Numbered from the stretch's first letter, positions 52,070-64,000 are shown. The stretch: DNA of 64,000 nt from Octopus bimaculoides (GCF_001194135.2 NC_068987.1:96410715-96474714); one strand, 5' to 3'. Made by a program: numbers and translations. The notes: generated from the sequence alone by a model not told the origin.

Positions 52070-53315
52070 TGATTGCTTCATCTTATTAGATGATAGCCAT
52101 CTCACATCCAGCCTGATTGTTCTGATTGACTTCCATCCTTACACATGCAAGGCTATGACTTCTCAGGCCAGCCAGTTATTTACATGGTACTGAACACAAG
52201 TAACATGTGATCTTGTGGCTGCACAAGATTAATCTCATTAGTTTGTAGCAGTTGTTGATGAACCTGGAGGTGGTATTTTAGACCAGGATTGGTCTTGCAT
52301 GTCTTCTAGTAGATCAGATATGTAGTGAGGTCTGGAGGTGCCAGCAGTGCTTCTATCGGATCTGTTTGTGCCTCTTGATCCTTGTGGGCCTTCAGGTTGG
52401 ATACGTAGCATGATTTGCTGAAAACAGGTTAGAAAATATTACAGTCCCAATTATTTGTTAGTAGTGTCTGATAATTCTCCTTCTCTTAAGAGATCTCTTT
52501 AGTTTTGCATAACCACTCTTTTTCATTCAACGTTTTACAGGCAGACATAATCCTTGCTCTTCAATTTGATTGATCCAGTGCTTCCTCTTTCCAATGATTT
52601 AAATCAATTCTTATACCCTTCAGGTTCTCGTTGATGCAGTCTCTGAATTTTTTCCTGGATTTATGATGTATCCTTCTACCTTGCATTAATTTAGCATCGA
52701 ATATTTTCTTTGGGAGCCTCTCATTCATTTGCATGATGTGACCTGCCAAGCACACCTGGTTTTTGATAAGAGACGAAATAGCTGAACAACCAGATCTCTC
52801 AAGTATGTCAATGTCTGGTATCAAATTTGTCCAGTTCATGGAAAATTCTTTGCCTGAGGCAATTCAGATGGAATCTCTCAAGTAATTTCAGATGGTACTA
52901 GAAAACTACCTATGTCTCACAGCTGTACAACAGGGTTGTTAGGATGCAAGCTTTAAAGACATGTTTTTGTCTGCCACTGTCTGACCACTCATTTTTGTCT
53001 AGTTTGATAAATGCAGCACTTGCCACTGGTATTCTCAAATGACTGTAACAGAGATGTACATATAAGGTTCCATACCTCTAGGTGAATTTTCAATCTGAGA
53101 AGATCTAACAGCAAATCCAAGACTTTTAAGGTACTGGTTTAAGAGCTACTGTAGCACATTCAGAAGACATGCAATACATAATGGAAAAATTTTCTGAAGC
53201 TTTTGTTAGTTTTGAACTTGATATTAGCTTTGGTAATATAAAAGTGATGCTTACACCTGGGGAACAAGACACCAAACAAAATAGTTTTGTTCATAAAAGA
53301 AGACTGGAGGTCATA
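52070..53315. mobile_element. RTE (BovB-type) LINE relic with an inverted 5' segment
   Basis: Minus strand about 53092-52070: ENFT..ASAAFIKL..LLYSCET..LAGHIMQMNERLPKKIF..decayed C2H2 finger (KTCKTNPGLKYHLQVH). Plus strand 53086-53315: FNLRR..ELL..VAHSEDMQYIMEKFSEAF..RLEVI. Confidence 0.85.
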
Positions 53316-53462
53316 GGATGGAGCATAATGGGTGAAATATGTGTGCACATGTGTGTGTGCCCTGATGTGCCTACAGCATCTTGCAGAAATCATTAAAAAT
53401 ATATAAATACATTTACAGCAGTACCTCGGTTTTTGAACAACACTGATCACAAATAAATTGTG

Positions 53463-53494
<32 letters not shown>

Positions 53495-54830
53495 NNNNNN
53501 NNNNNNNNNNNNNNNNNNNNNNNNNNNNNNNNNNNNNNNNNNNNNNNNNNNNNNNNNNNNNNNNNNNNNNNNNNNNNNNNNNNNNNNNNNNNNNNNNNNN
53601 NNNNNNNNNNNNNNNNNNNNNNNNNNNNNNNNNNNNNNNNNNNNNNNNNNNNNNNNNNNNNNNNNNNNNNNNNNNNNNNNNNNNNNNNNNNNNNNNNNNN
53701 NNNNNNNNNNNNNNNNNNNNNNNNNNNNNNNNNNNNNNNNNNNNNNNNNNNATATATATATATATAGGGTTAATACTTTTTCCTCTAAGCAGTTATGACA
53801 GCAAAAGCTGATTAGGTAATTTTATCTAAACTGGAATGCAAGATTTCCACATTCATATCTGAATTTTTTGCGTTTCTATAATATTACTTGCTTTTATCCA
53901 TTCCCTAACATAATGGGCATATAACAATAAGCCAGCTGACACTAAAAATCTCTAATGAGACTTCTTTATCAATGTACCTGAAGAGACCCAGACTGATGAG
54001 TCAAAACATGTACCTAATAAAAGTCTAATATGAAATCCATCTCCTACTATTAGTTAATACTATTACCCTAACTGCCACTGCGTAGTTCCTGAAGTAGATC
54101 CAACAGAAGTGTACCACAACTGTGGATGACAACAGGTAGCCTAAACTGTGCCAGTGCTTTACTCAATATTTAAACACACTAATTGAATTATACTTATATG
54201 TCCAAATTATTTATTATTATTATATTAAAAAACAACATACAGATAACAGGTAGGATTAGGTCATTTTATCTAAACTGTATGTTATTATTATTTCATTTCC
54301 TTGGTTCATACTCTGTACACTCATCTATCCTGAGGTTGATGCCCAACACCATACAGCAGTGAATACTGATGGACAATTAAATGGACAATTCTCATTTGGT
54401 TTGTGATGTTGTTTCAGTGTTAGAAATCATCATCATTATTATTATTATCAACAGTTTTCAAGAATTTTTTATGAGTTTCTCATGTACCACCAGATGAATT
54501 TCTGTGTTTTGCAGACTCAGTGCAACTTTGTCTTTTGGTAGTATGGAAAGGTGTTTTTCATGTACCTTTCATGTTTCTGATGTTACTTTAGTGTTTCACC
54601 TGTTTGTTGTGTGTAGAGTATATGCTGTTTGGATTGTGGAGATGGTGCTATAGCATTGGGTAATCAGGTGGTGACACTGAAATAATATTTCTTGTGATTG
54701 TATTATAGTATCAGATAGTGATTGTATCAAGTATTGGATGGCAATTGTATTGTTATTACGGATGTATCAATAGTTTTGATGTGATTTATTTAATTTGCTA
54801 CACGCATATACATATGTATGTGTGTATGTT

Positions 54831-54936
<106 letters not shown>

Positions 54937-55207
54937 AACACAGATGGCAAATTATTTTATTTGCACATCGATGTTGAAACTCAAAGTATAACTATTGAAA
55001 TATTTATATTTTTCATTTCCTTTGAAATTACCCCTATTTGTGGTTTCAGCTTTAACTGCCCTTTCCAACATGTAAGGTGTCCTGTTAAGGTCACCTCTTT
55101 TGTGTATAAAAATGTATACTAATTTATATCGATATATAGTTGTTAGAAATCTTTATCATAATTATAAATTTTATAATCATTATTGTTCCATTCTTTTATC
55201 AGATTTG

Positions 55208-55246
<39 letters not shown>

Positions 55247-56150
55247 TTATATAAATTATCATCAACATCATCATCAGGATAATCCTAATAGTCATCATCA
55301 ATGTAATTTTTTTCTTTTAAAAACAAGATTCAAATTAACATCGACAATGTGAACTAAAAAACCTGGCTTGTGTCAGAATCATTGATGAATCATTCGTACA
55401 CATACACACAAGCACACACACATACACACAAACACACACACATAAACACACACACACATATGTTTGAAACAAAGAAAAAGGATAAGGCAGATAAAAGAAT
55501 AGAACTATGTTGCTGTCATACTTCATTGTAAAAGCTGACAAAAGATGAGCAGAAGAGACTAAATAAGAAATTTATTAAAAATAAAGGATGGAAACTGGTG
55601 AAAAAATTGTAATAAATAAAATAAATTTTCAGCAACAAATAAATAAATAATAAATAAAAATTTCAAAATCATATTTGTAAAAAATGTTAATGTTTTAAGG
55701 AAGAATTTTCTACACTGAAAACTTTATGCAAAACTGTAATAAATAATAATAATGATAATGATGATGATGATGTTAATATAAAAGTACTATAATAATAAGT
55801 TTATAATACTAAATAATAAAATCTTATTAATAATGATAAATAATAATTATATATATAAATAAATAATATTATGTAATATGTAGAAATACAATTTAAAAAA
55901 AAAACTATAAAAAGTATATTATAAATAACTAATAAAGGTATCAATAAAAATTCCTAATGAAACAAAAATGATTGAAAATTAGAAATAATATAATAAAACT
56001 TATTTTGTATCTTTAACATTTTATGACTTGAGTTTTGGTTGAACAGCTCTGCAAATTCAGATTTCGCATTTGAACTGTACTGTTGAGGCAAGCACTATAA
56101 AGTCGAAAGAAGAATTCACAAAGCCAAGTCTGCAGCTAACCTAGTTGTAA

Positions 56151-56195
<45 letters not shown>

Positions 56196-56667
56196 TTTGT
56201 GTTGCTAATATTCTCTCAGCTCCCAGCATGGTAAATAGAAGAAACAGTGGAATACTGGAAAAATAATACTTTGTAGTATGTAGTTACAACTTTTTGCCAA
56301 CAACTTTCAAGTCCACTGGAGTTGACCTTACAGTTCTTCTTTCAAAAGAGGCAGGGTGTATGAGGTTATGAAGTACCCTGAAGATCCATTAGAATTAACA
56401 ATGCTCTTCCCAATAATTTATCTGGCTTTGAGCTATTGTTAAACAATCAATGTTATGGAAGTTTTTAGATTTAGCCTTCATTTCCAAGAATTTTAGACAT
56501 AAAAAAGTATATCTTAGTTTGACAGTAAGTATTTGATCCCCATCTGAAGTTATTTCTAAATGTCATTGGAAAAATTCAAGAACACTAACCTTCCAAGTAA
56601 CTCTCCATCTTCCTTCATGGAAATCAACAGGCTTAATCACCAATTAGTTGATTCTTTTATTTTTTTA

Positions 56668-57066
56668 TTTGCTTCAGTCATTCGACTGTGGCCATGCTGG
56701 AGCACCACCTTGAATAATTTTTGTCAAACAAATTGACCCAGGAGTTATTTTCTTTTAAAGCCTACTAATTATTCTATTGGTTTCTTTTGCCAAACTGCAA
56801 AGTTATGGGCTATAAACACACCAACACCACTTGTCAAGCAGTGGTGGAGGGGGGGGGGGACAGACACAAAGGCACACACAGAAGTACACACACACACACA
56901 CATGTATACAACAAGCTTCCTTTAGTTTCCATCTACCAAATACACTTGCAAGGCTTTGGTCAGCCTGAGGCTATAGTAGAAGACAATTGCTCAGGGTGCC
57001 ATGCAGTGGGACTGAACCTAGAATCATGCGATTGGGAAGCAAGCTTCTTACCACACAGCCACACCT
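56668..57066 (-). mobile_element. tRNA-derived SINE family A, full length, tail type 1
   Basis: Colinear with 1844-2226, including head, internal microsatellite and tail. Confidence 0.82.
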
Positions 57067-59736
57067 GAGCCTACTGATGCTACTGATTATAAAACATTAA
57101 ACAGTTAATTTCTATTTATCACACCTAGCACCAAGCAACCTTCTTTACTTGTGTGCAGCTCATTCACTGAATCCAGTGCTTATCAAAAGCAGTTGAATTT
57201 CATAGGCTGGTGCATCACTGCTGAAGCAACATTTCAACTCATGATTTATTCATCCAGTTATATGTACATATATTTTCTTTTTGCCAGTAATTCAAGCATG
57301 TAACTGGTGGGAAACCATTTGCTAACACTTTTGCTTCAGCCTCCCAGAGCAGAGAGAAGCCAGCAAGATAATTTGTAACTGATCATTGTCAGGATTCAAA
57401 CTTGGCTGCCAGTGTATTTCATACTGGTCTAAAATAATCTTGTACCAAGTAAAGAAAGATATAGGGTTATGTACCAGCTGATGGAAGTAGACTTCCTTTC
57501 TTGGTTACAACTAGTAATTCCCCTCAAATGCCATGCATCAGTGAAGAAGGCATGTAGAAAAAACTAGGTGACAATTGTTGAGAGTAGCATTAGAATATGA
57601 AAATAGTAAAAAAGAGATCCTAACGAAGGAAAGCTAACCTCAAGGGAAGGCTTGCAGAACAGACGAAGCTGGAGTTACTTCTCCTCCATCAGAAACCAGG
57701 TCTGAAAAGTCCACCTCCTTCTTGGCAGCCATGAAGTTCACAGAACTGAGAATATCTAATGAGAATTCCCTAAATAAAATGTAGGAGCCAGGTATCTTTC
57801 TCTGCCCAATACACAATTATTTTAGACCTATATCAAATACACTGACAACTATGTTTGAATCCTGATAAGAACCAGTAACAAACTCCAGCTCTTGGATGCT
57901 TTCTCCCTTCCCACACTTTAGGATAAATGTTTGAAGTGTTTCAAGCAGAATCCATTGGCATAGAGACAAGAAATGATGATTAGAAGTTGGCTGGTATCTA
58001 ACTTTATTGAAAAGATGAAAGACAAAAATAAATTCGAGGGGTTTAATTCAGAACAAAAGAGGACAGTAACCAAACAAAATTATTTTGTCAGATGCACTAC
58101 TGATTCTACCACCTAACAGTAAGATTACTAGTTTTCTGGACTATCAGCTGTGTTGCTTGAACAATGTGATCTTCAGCCATCATCAAGAATGTTATTGCCT
58201 TACATATAGTTACAGATTGGATTCAAACTAGGAATCTATTTTTAAACTAAGGATAACAATGTTCTTATCTATTAAACCAGTCCTTGGTTGATAAGAGAAT
58301 TAAGACAAGTGATGAAAATCAGAAATGAAAGTGATTAAAACATTGTAGACATATCAATATTACAAATATGTACTTTGAACCTTAAGTTAATTGACAGGAA
58401 AATAACGATCTTATTAACAACTCATTTCAGGCATTAGGCATGTAAATATCTAATGCTGTAGTGCTAAATGGTACAAGTCATTTGAGGGATTTGCTATAAT
58501 GATAGTGGTTTTCCCCTCCTGGGGAGCACATAAAGTGATTGTAGGTAAATTTTGAAGTTGTGCATCAGTATTTTCTAAAACATAACTTCCAATATTACAG
58601 ATTTTAAGAAGTCCTGAGTGATTTTCATGTATTCATATCAATCGTACATGTTTTGTAGGACAAAAGATATTTGAGAGGAGGTTAAGATGACTGAGACATT
58701 TGAAACCATCAGTTTAGAGTTCAAGAGAAATGAGGCTGCAAAGTAAGAGACTTCCATACAAAATAGGTAAACATAGACTTCAGATGCTGACCACTCAGAC
58801 AGACATTAAGAAACAGACAGACAGCGATAATAAGACAGACATACTGAGACTGAAAGATAGAGACAGAAAAACATGCATGAGTAGAGAGTTTGAAATTAAA
58901 GACAACTTAGAGACAAAGAGCTAGAAAGATAAAGGGAATGGGCGACAGACAGAAATACAAAGAAAGAGAGATAAAGTCAGAGAAAGGGAGAAACAGAGAG
59001 AAAGACAGATAGAAAAATACTGGAAGTCAAGACAAAATGGTCAATTGGATTTGCTACTAGATTACCAGGTTGTGTTTCACAAGTTTACAAATCCATAGCC
59101 GGTGTTTGATTGTGCCACATAGCAGAACATGCTGTATTTTAAATGCTTTAATATTTCTATATTTCAGAAATAGAAGCTAGAACATTTGAGTGAGTTATGA
59201 TAGGATGACATCCTATCCAGAGATAGATTTGTTTTACATCCACTGAAGTTCTAGTTCAACTGATCCCTCAAGTGTGTGGAAACATCAACTAACAAGCTCC
59301 TGTATATCACTGGAGCTTGTTAGTTGATTTTGTAGGTCTGTGCAGAGCAGGATCCAGGTGGCCCAGTATGCAGGAGCCTACAATTTTGATGGAGACTTTT
59401 CTTGCCAGTCAAAGGCAAAGCAATGAACCTTTGATAAAAAAATTACCATTTTATAACTCATTCTAATTCTTTTATTCTTTTCCATTACTTTTAAGTACAT
59501 CATGTACAGTATAGGTATATTCATGTATATGACTGCAAGCCATATATAAATCATGAGCATTTAGTATATATCATTAAAATATTTGAAGAGTAGGTTGAAA
59601 CAGGACCTACATTTCACATCTGGCATAGGCCTGTTACCAGTTTTTCATGGACCTGCTGGTTTCATCCATCCAAGAGGGCCAAAAAAATCAAAAGCGACCC
59701 AAGTAAGATCTTTAAAAGCAAAACCTCAAAAATACA

Positions 59737-61343
59737 TTTATCATAGTCCTCCAGGCGATAACAGAGGAATTCAAGACAGGATGCCCCTGGGAGCTCCTCT
59801 ATGCTGATGACCTTGCACTAATTGCTGAGTCACTATCAGAACTAGAGGAAAAGTTTCAGGTGTGGAAGCAGGGACTAGAATCGAAGGGCCTTAGAGTCAA
59901 CCTAGTTAAAACCAAAGTCCTAATAAGTAGGAAAGTAGACAAAACACAAACCCCTTCAGATAGATGGCCCTGCTCGATCTGTAGAAAAGGTATAGGTAGA
60001 AACTCTATAAGATGTACCCAGTGCAAGCTATGGACACATAAGAGGTGCAGCAATATCAAAGGCAGGTTAACTAGGAAGTTAGTTTTTGTATGTGGCAGAT
60101 GTTCAGGTGCCATAAACACTGAAAATGTGCAGAAAATAACTTCTGTCACATTCCAGGGAGAAAAGCTAGATGTAGTTGATAGCTTCTGCTATTTGGGTGA
60201 CCAAGTTAGTAGTGGTGGAGGGTGCGCTGAAAGTGTAGCTGCTAGAATAAGAATAGCCTGGGCAAAGTTCAGAGAGCTCTTACCTCTGCTGGCAACAAAG
60301 GGCCTCTCACTCAGAGTAAAAGGCAGATTGTATGACACATGTGTATGAACAGCCATGCTACATGGCAGTGAAACATGGGCCGTGACTGCTGAGGACATGT
60401 GTAAGCTTGCAAGGAATGAAGCCAGTATGCTCTGACGGATGAGTAATGTCAGTGTGCATACTAGACAGAGTGTAAGTATCTTGAGAGAAAAGTTGAACCT
60501 AAGAAGCATCAGTTGTGGTGTGTAAGAGAGACGATTGCGCTGGTATGGTCATGTNNNNNNNNNNNNNNNNNNNNNNNNNNNNNNNNNNNNNNNNNNNNNN
60601 NNAACATTGGGCCTCCCAGAGGCAATGACTTGTGACCGAGACCTTTGGAAATATACTGTGCGTGAGAAGACCCGGCAAGCCAAGTGAGACCAAAATCCAA
60701 AGCCTCTGCCAGGGATGTAGCCAACCCACTTATGCGTAACATTCCTTCATCGGACACTAAACTCTGCTTGCGAAGACCTGTTGAAGCAAGTGAAATTGAA
60801 ATCAAACTAAATTTGTAGACTGGCACCCATGCCAACGTCTCTTTCATTGAACACTAAACTCGGCTTGAGAAGACCTGTTAGGGCAAGCAAAAGCGAAATC
60901 GTGATGGCACCTGTACCAGTGGAGCACTAAGAGCACTGTCTGAGCGTGATCATTGCCAGAGCAGCTATCTGGCTTCTGTGCCGGTGGCACGTAAATAGCA
61001 CCATTTGAGCATGATTGTTACCTGGCACGTAAAAAGACATTTGAGCAAGATCGTTGCCAGTGCCGCTGGACTGGCTCCTGTGCAGGTTGCACGTAAAATA
61101 CACCATTTTGAGTGTGGCCATTGCCAGTACCGCCTGACCGGCCTTCGTGTCGGTGGCAAGTAAAAGCACCCACTACACTCTCGGAGTGGTTGGTGTTAGG
61201 AAGGGCATCCAACTGTAGAAACCCTGCCAAATCAGATTGGAGCCTGGTGTAGCCATCTCGTTCACCACTCCTCAGTCAAATTGTCCAACCCATGCTAGCA
61301 TGGAAAGCAGACGTTAAACGATGATGATGATGATGATAAATGG
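59737..61343 (+). mobile_element. 5'-truncated RTE-clade LINE: RT C-terminus with embedded PHD-like finger, long 3' UTR, (GAT)n tail
   Basis: Single frame from 59737: FIIVLQAITEEFKTGCPWELLYADDL (YADD 59800-59811) to ERRLRWYGHV. Three in-frame stops, two of them CGA>TGA-like. ORF ends at about 60685 after an N gap. Confidence 0.93.
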
Positions 61344-62149
61344 NNNNNNNNNNNNNNNNNNNNNNNNNNNNNNNNNNNNNNNNNNNNNNNNNNNNNNNNN
61401 NNNNNNNNNNNNNNNNNNNNNNNNNNNNNNNNNNNNNNNAAAAAGACATTTGAGCAAGATCGTTGCCAGTGCCGCTGGACTGGCTCCTGTGCAGGTTGCA
61501 CGTAAAATACACCATTTTGAGTGTGGCCATTGCCAGTACCGCCTGACCGGCCTTCGTGTCGGTGGCAAGTAAAAGCACCCACTACACTCTCGGAGTGGTT
61601 GGTGTTAGGAAGGGCATCCAACTGTAGAAACCCTGCCAAATCAGATTGGAGCCTGGTGTAGCCATCTCGTTCACCACTCCTCAGTCAAATTGTCCAACCC
61701 ATGCTAGCATGGAAAGCAGACGTTAAACGATGATGATGATGATGATAAATGGCTTTGATCTGGTCTAATCTTTTGGATGGTAGGCTTAACATGCTACCAG
61801 TTTTAACCTAACCATGTGGTCTTTGGGTATCTTTTGAAGTGTTTGCACTATTATGATCAATCAAACCAGGCCCCTACCCATCATCTATGTATCTCTTGCA
61901 GAAAATAAAGCTGGATGGGCATCAGCTGTATGTATGTTTTCAGTGTAGGAGAATCTGAAGAAGGTCAGGGGCACTGGCCTTCCTACAGTGACCAACTTGC
62001 ATAAAAAAAATAAAAAATAAAACAAAACAACTCTTGTGTCTCATATTAAATATTTATAATCAATAATACACAATATACAGAGTTTGCTGAAATCTAAGTG
62101 TGTTGGTTGAAGAGAAATAAAGAAGATTTAATCAACAATAATAACAATA

Positions 62150-62362
62150 ATTATAGCTTCCAATTTAGGCACAAGTACTGCAATTTTGAGGGGAGAGGAT
62201 TAGTTGACAGCATCGACCCCAATACTTGATTGGTACTTTATTTTGTTGACCCCGAAAGGATGAAAGGCAAAGTTGATCTCAGCAGGATTTGAAATCAGAT
62301 TGTAAAGGGCTGAAAGAAATAGCACAAAGTTTGTCCAATGCTCTAACAATTCTGCCAATCCA
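62150..62362 (-). mobile_element. SINE family B
   Basis: Core gaccccgaaaggatgaaaggcaaagttgatctc on +, with head end aacaattctgcca. Confidence 0.75.
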
Positions 62363-62380
62363 AATAACAACAACAACAGC

Positions 62381-62437
<57 letters not shown>

Positions 62438-63009
62438 TGCCCTGATGCAGTAACAGACAATGGCTCTCTTGGCTTTTGATCTTAACTGATTGGAAGTGCT
62501 ATTGTGTACATGTTTTGTTTTGGTGTTAAAGATGGGCTACAGCAAATATTCTGCTCAATACCACAGATTTGCTTGTCAGTTGTTTGACTTTAACCAGTTG
62601 AGCATGTCCCTTGGTGGTTGATGATATGTGTATCTCTGATCACAAGCAAAAGTGGTGGGAGAGCATCATAGCCATGTGTTGAGAAGAATTCTTTGGGGTT
62701 TGAATAATTCACCTCTGGAAACATGGGTGTTTCATTCAACATCCTTTAGCAACTCTTATTCAGGGACCTTTTGAGTGGGATGGGCTACTTGACCTGAAGA
62801 AAACTAACAGGGCCCCACCTTCAAGGTCATGCGCTGTTTATCTTTATATGATATTACCATGTCGTGCACAAATGGTTGTGGTGCATGTACCTGGTGAACC
62901 CTATTGGACAGATAGTCATGATAGGTATATTGGGCTTCATATATTTGTACCCCAGTGTCACTTTGATGACATGTGCTGCTCTCACACTCAATAATAATAA
63001 TAATAATGT

Positions 63010-63930
63010 CCAAGTTATGGCACAAGGCCAGCGATTTTAGAGGAATGGTAAGTTAATTACATTGATCCCAATACCAGACTGATACTATATTTTATTGATC
63101 CAGAAAGGCTGAAATGTAGAGTTGACCTTGGTGGAATTAGAACTCAGATTGTTATGAGTCAGAAGAAATGCCACAATAATAATAATAATGACAAACATAG
63201 AGACCTGAGAACTGAAATTGCTAAGATGTGGCAGCTGTAAGAGTCAAATGTAAAGGTTGTTCCTGTTGTCATCAGAGCATTGAGTTCAATACCACCCAAC
63301 TTGAAGAAACACCCAGACACTTTAGAAATACTCTGCAATCTTGGTGTATTGCAAAAATTGGCTTTACTTGGAACTGCACACATATTGCATAAAGTACTAT
63401 TTGTCTGAGGTCCTTGTTGTGTTTTGACAGACAGTACAAACCCTTGATACACACAGTATATTTAATTTACATCATAATATTGGATACTGTGTGATATCAA
63501 TAATAATGATAATCCTTTCTACTAAAGGCACAAGGCCTAAAATTTTGGGGGAGAGGACTAGTTGATTACTGTGACCCCAGTGTTTCACTGGTACTTAATT
63601 TATTGACCCTGGAAGGATGAAAGGCAAAGTTGACCTTGACAGAATTTTAACTCACAATGTAGCAACAGGCAAAATACCACTAAGCATTTCGTTCAGTGTA
63701 CTAAAGATTCTACCAGTTCACCACCATGATAATAGTAATAATAATAATGATAATAATAATAATGGTTTCAATTTTGGCACAAGGCCAGCAAGTTTATGGG
63801 GAGGGGCTAAGTTGATTACATCGACCCCAGTTTTCAACTGGTACTTATTTTGTCAACCCTGAAAGGATGAAAGGCAAAGTCAACCTTGGCGGAATTTGAA
63901 CTCAGAATGTAATGAGTCAGAAGAAATAAT
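63010..63930 (-). mobile_element. Three SINE family B copies (about 63010-63175, 63510-63725, 63762-63930) around the R4 fragment
   Basis: Each has the ctggtactta.ttt..tgacc...gaaggatgaaaggcaaagt core and an (AAT)n-adjacent tail. Confidence 0.75.
63193..63408 (+). mobile_element. R4/Dong-like (restriction-like endonuclease) non-LTR retrotransposon C-terminal fragment
   Basis: KHRDLRTEIAKMWQL*ESNVKVVPVVIRALSSIPPNL..LQKLALLGTAHILHKVLFV*, matching the KYxDL..VVPVVIGALG..QKxALLGTAHILRKVL ORF end. Confidence 0.8.
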
Positions 63931-64000
63931 AATAATAACAGTAGTAGTAGTAGTACACATAAAGTCATTTTGATGACCCAGGTTATGATTTGGAATAACA

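Noticed and set aside
52230-52425. Strong ttttcag acceptor followed by an open frame on minus
   Set aside because: The sequence is the C-terminal zinc-finger region of the RTE relic. No evidence of exonisation.
56035-56135. GC-richer island next to a very AT-rich tract, with possible short end RLAADLAL*
   Set aside because: The acceptor is preceded by (AT)n rather than pyrimidines, and there is no convincing fold or frame.
61031-61752. 313-bp exact direct duplication (61031-61343 and 61440-61752)
   Set aside because: Identical copies, including the non-repeat flank aaatgg, sit either side of an N gap. Most likely unmerged contig overlap.
62436-63005. About 570-bp block bounded by (AAT)n that feels like a known interspersed repeat
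   Set aside because: Single copy in the window with no coding or terminal signature I can demonstrate. Needs a library search.

Overview
AT-rich, microsatellite-dense eukaryotic scaffold with many N gaps. The repeat families look like those of a coleoid cephalopod, probably Octopus; this is inferred from repeat content only. One host gene is present: the last five coding exons (about 192 aa; coiled coil plus complete FYVE domain) of a RUFY1/2-family gene on the minus strand, at 33233-33147, 16127-15998, 13406-13312, 4799-4673 and 1743-1606. All splice sites are GT-AG and phase-consistent. I found no preceding coding exon, so the upstream intron is probably >30.7 kb. The introns contain: Tc1 and mariner relics; two hAT MITEs with 8-bp TSDs; a Helitron helicase relic; a Penelope-like RT/GIY-YIG relic; a young PHD-finger RTE LINE and many copies of its 3' tail; an RTE copy with an inverted segment; an R4/Dong C-terminal fragment; and several SINE families. 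The most interesting signals are RNA-structural. There are two hammerhead-ribozyme cores (25-86 on +; 38833-38867 on -, sense to RUFY) and a decayed third. A gap-free 90-bp inverted repeat, with G.U wobbles biased to the transcribed strand, loops out a candidate FYVE-less alternative last exon (57372-57882). A 31-bp hairpin presents a single A.C mismatch on the transcribed strand (42942-43010). All structure and splicing claims are by-eye predictions that need RNA data.
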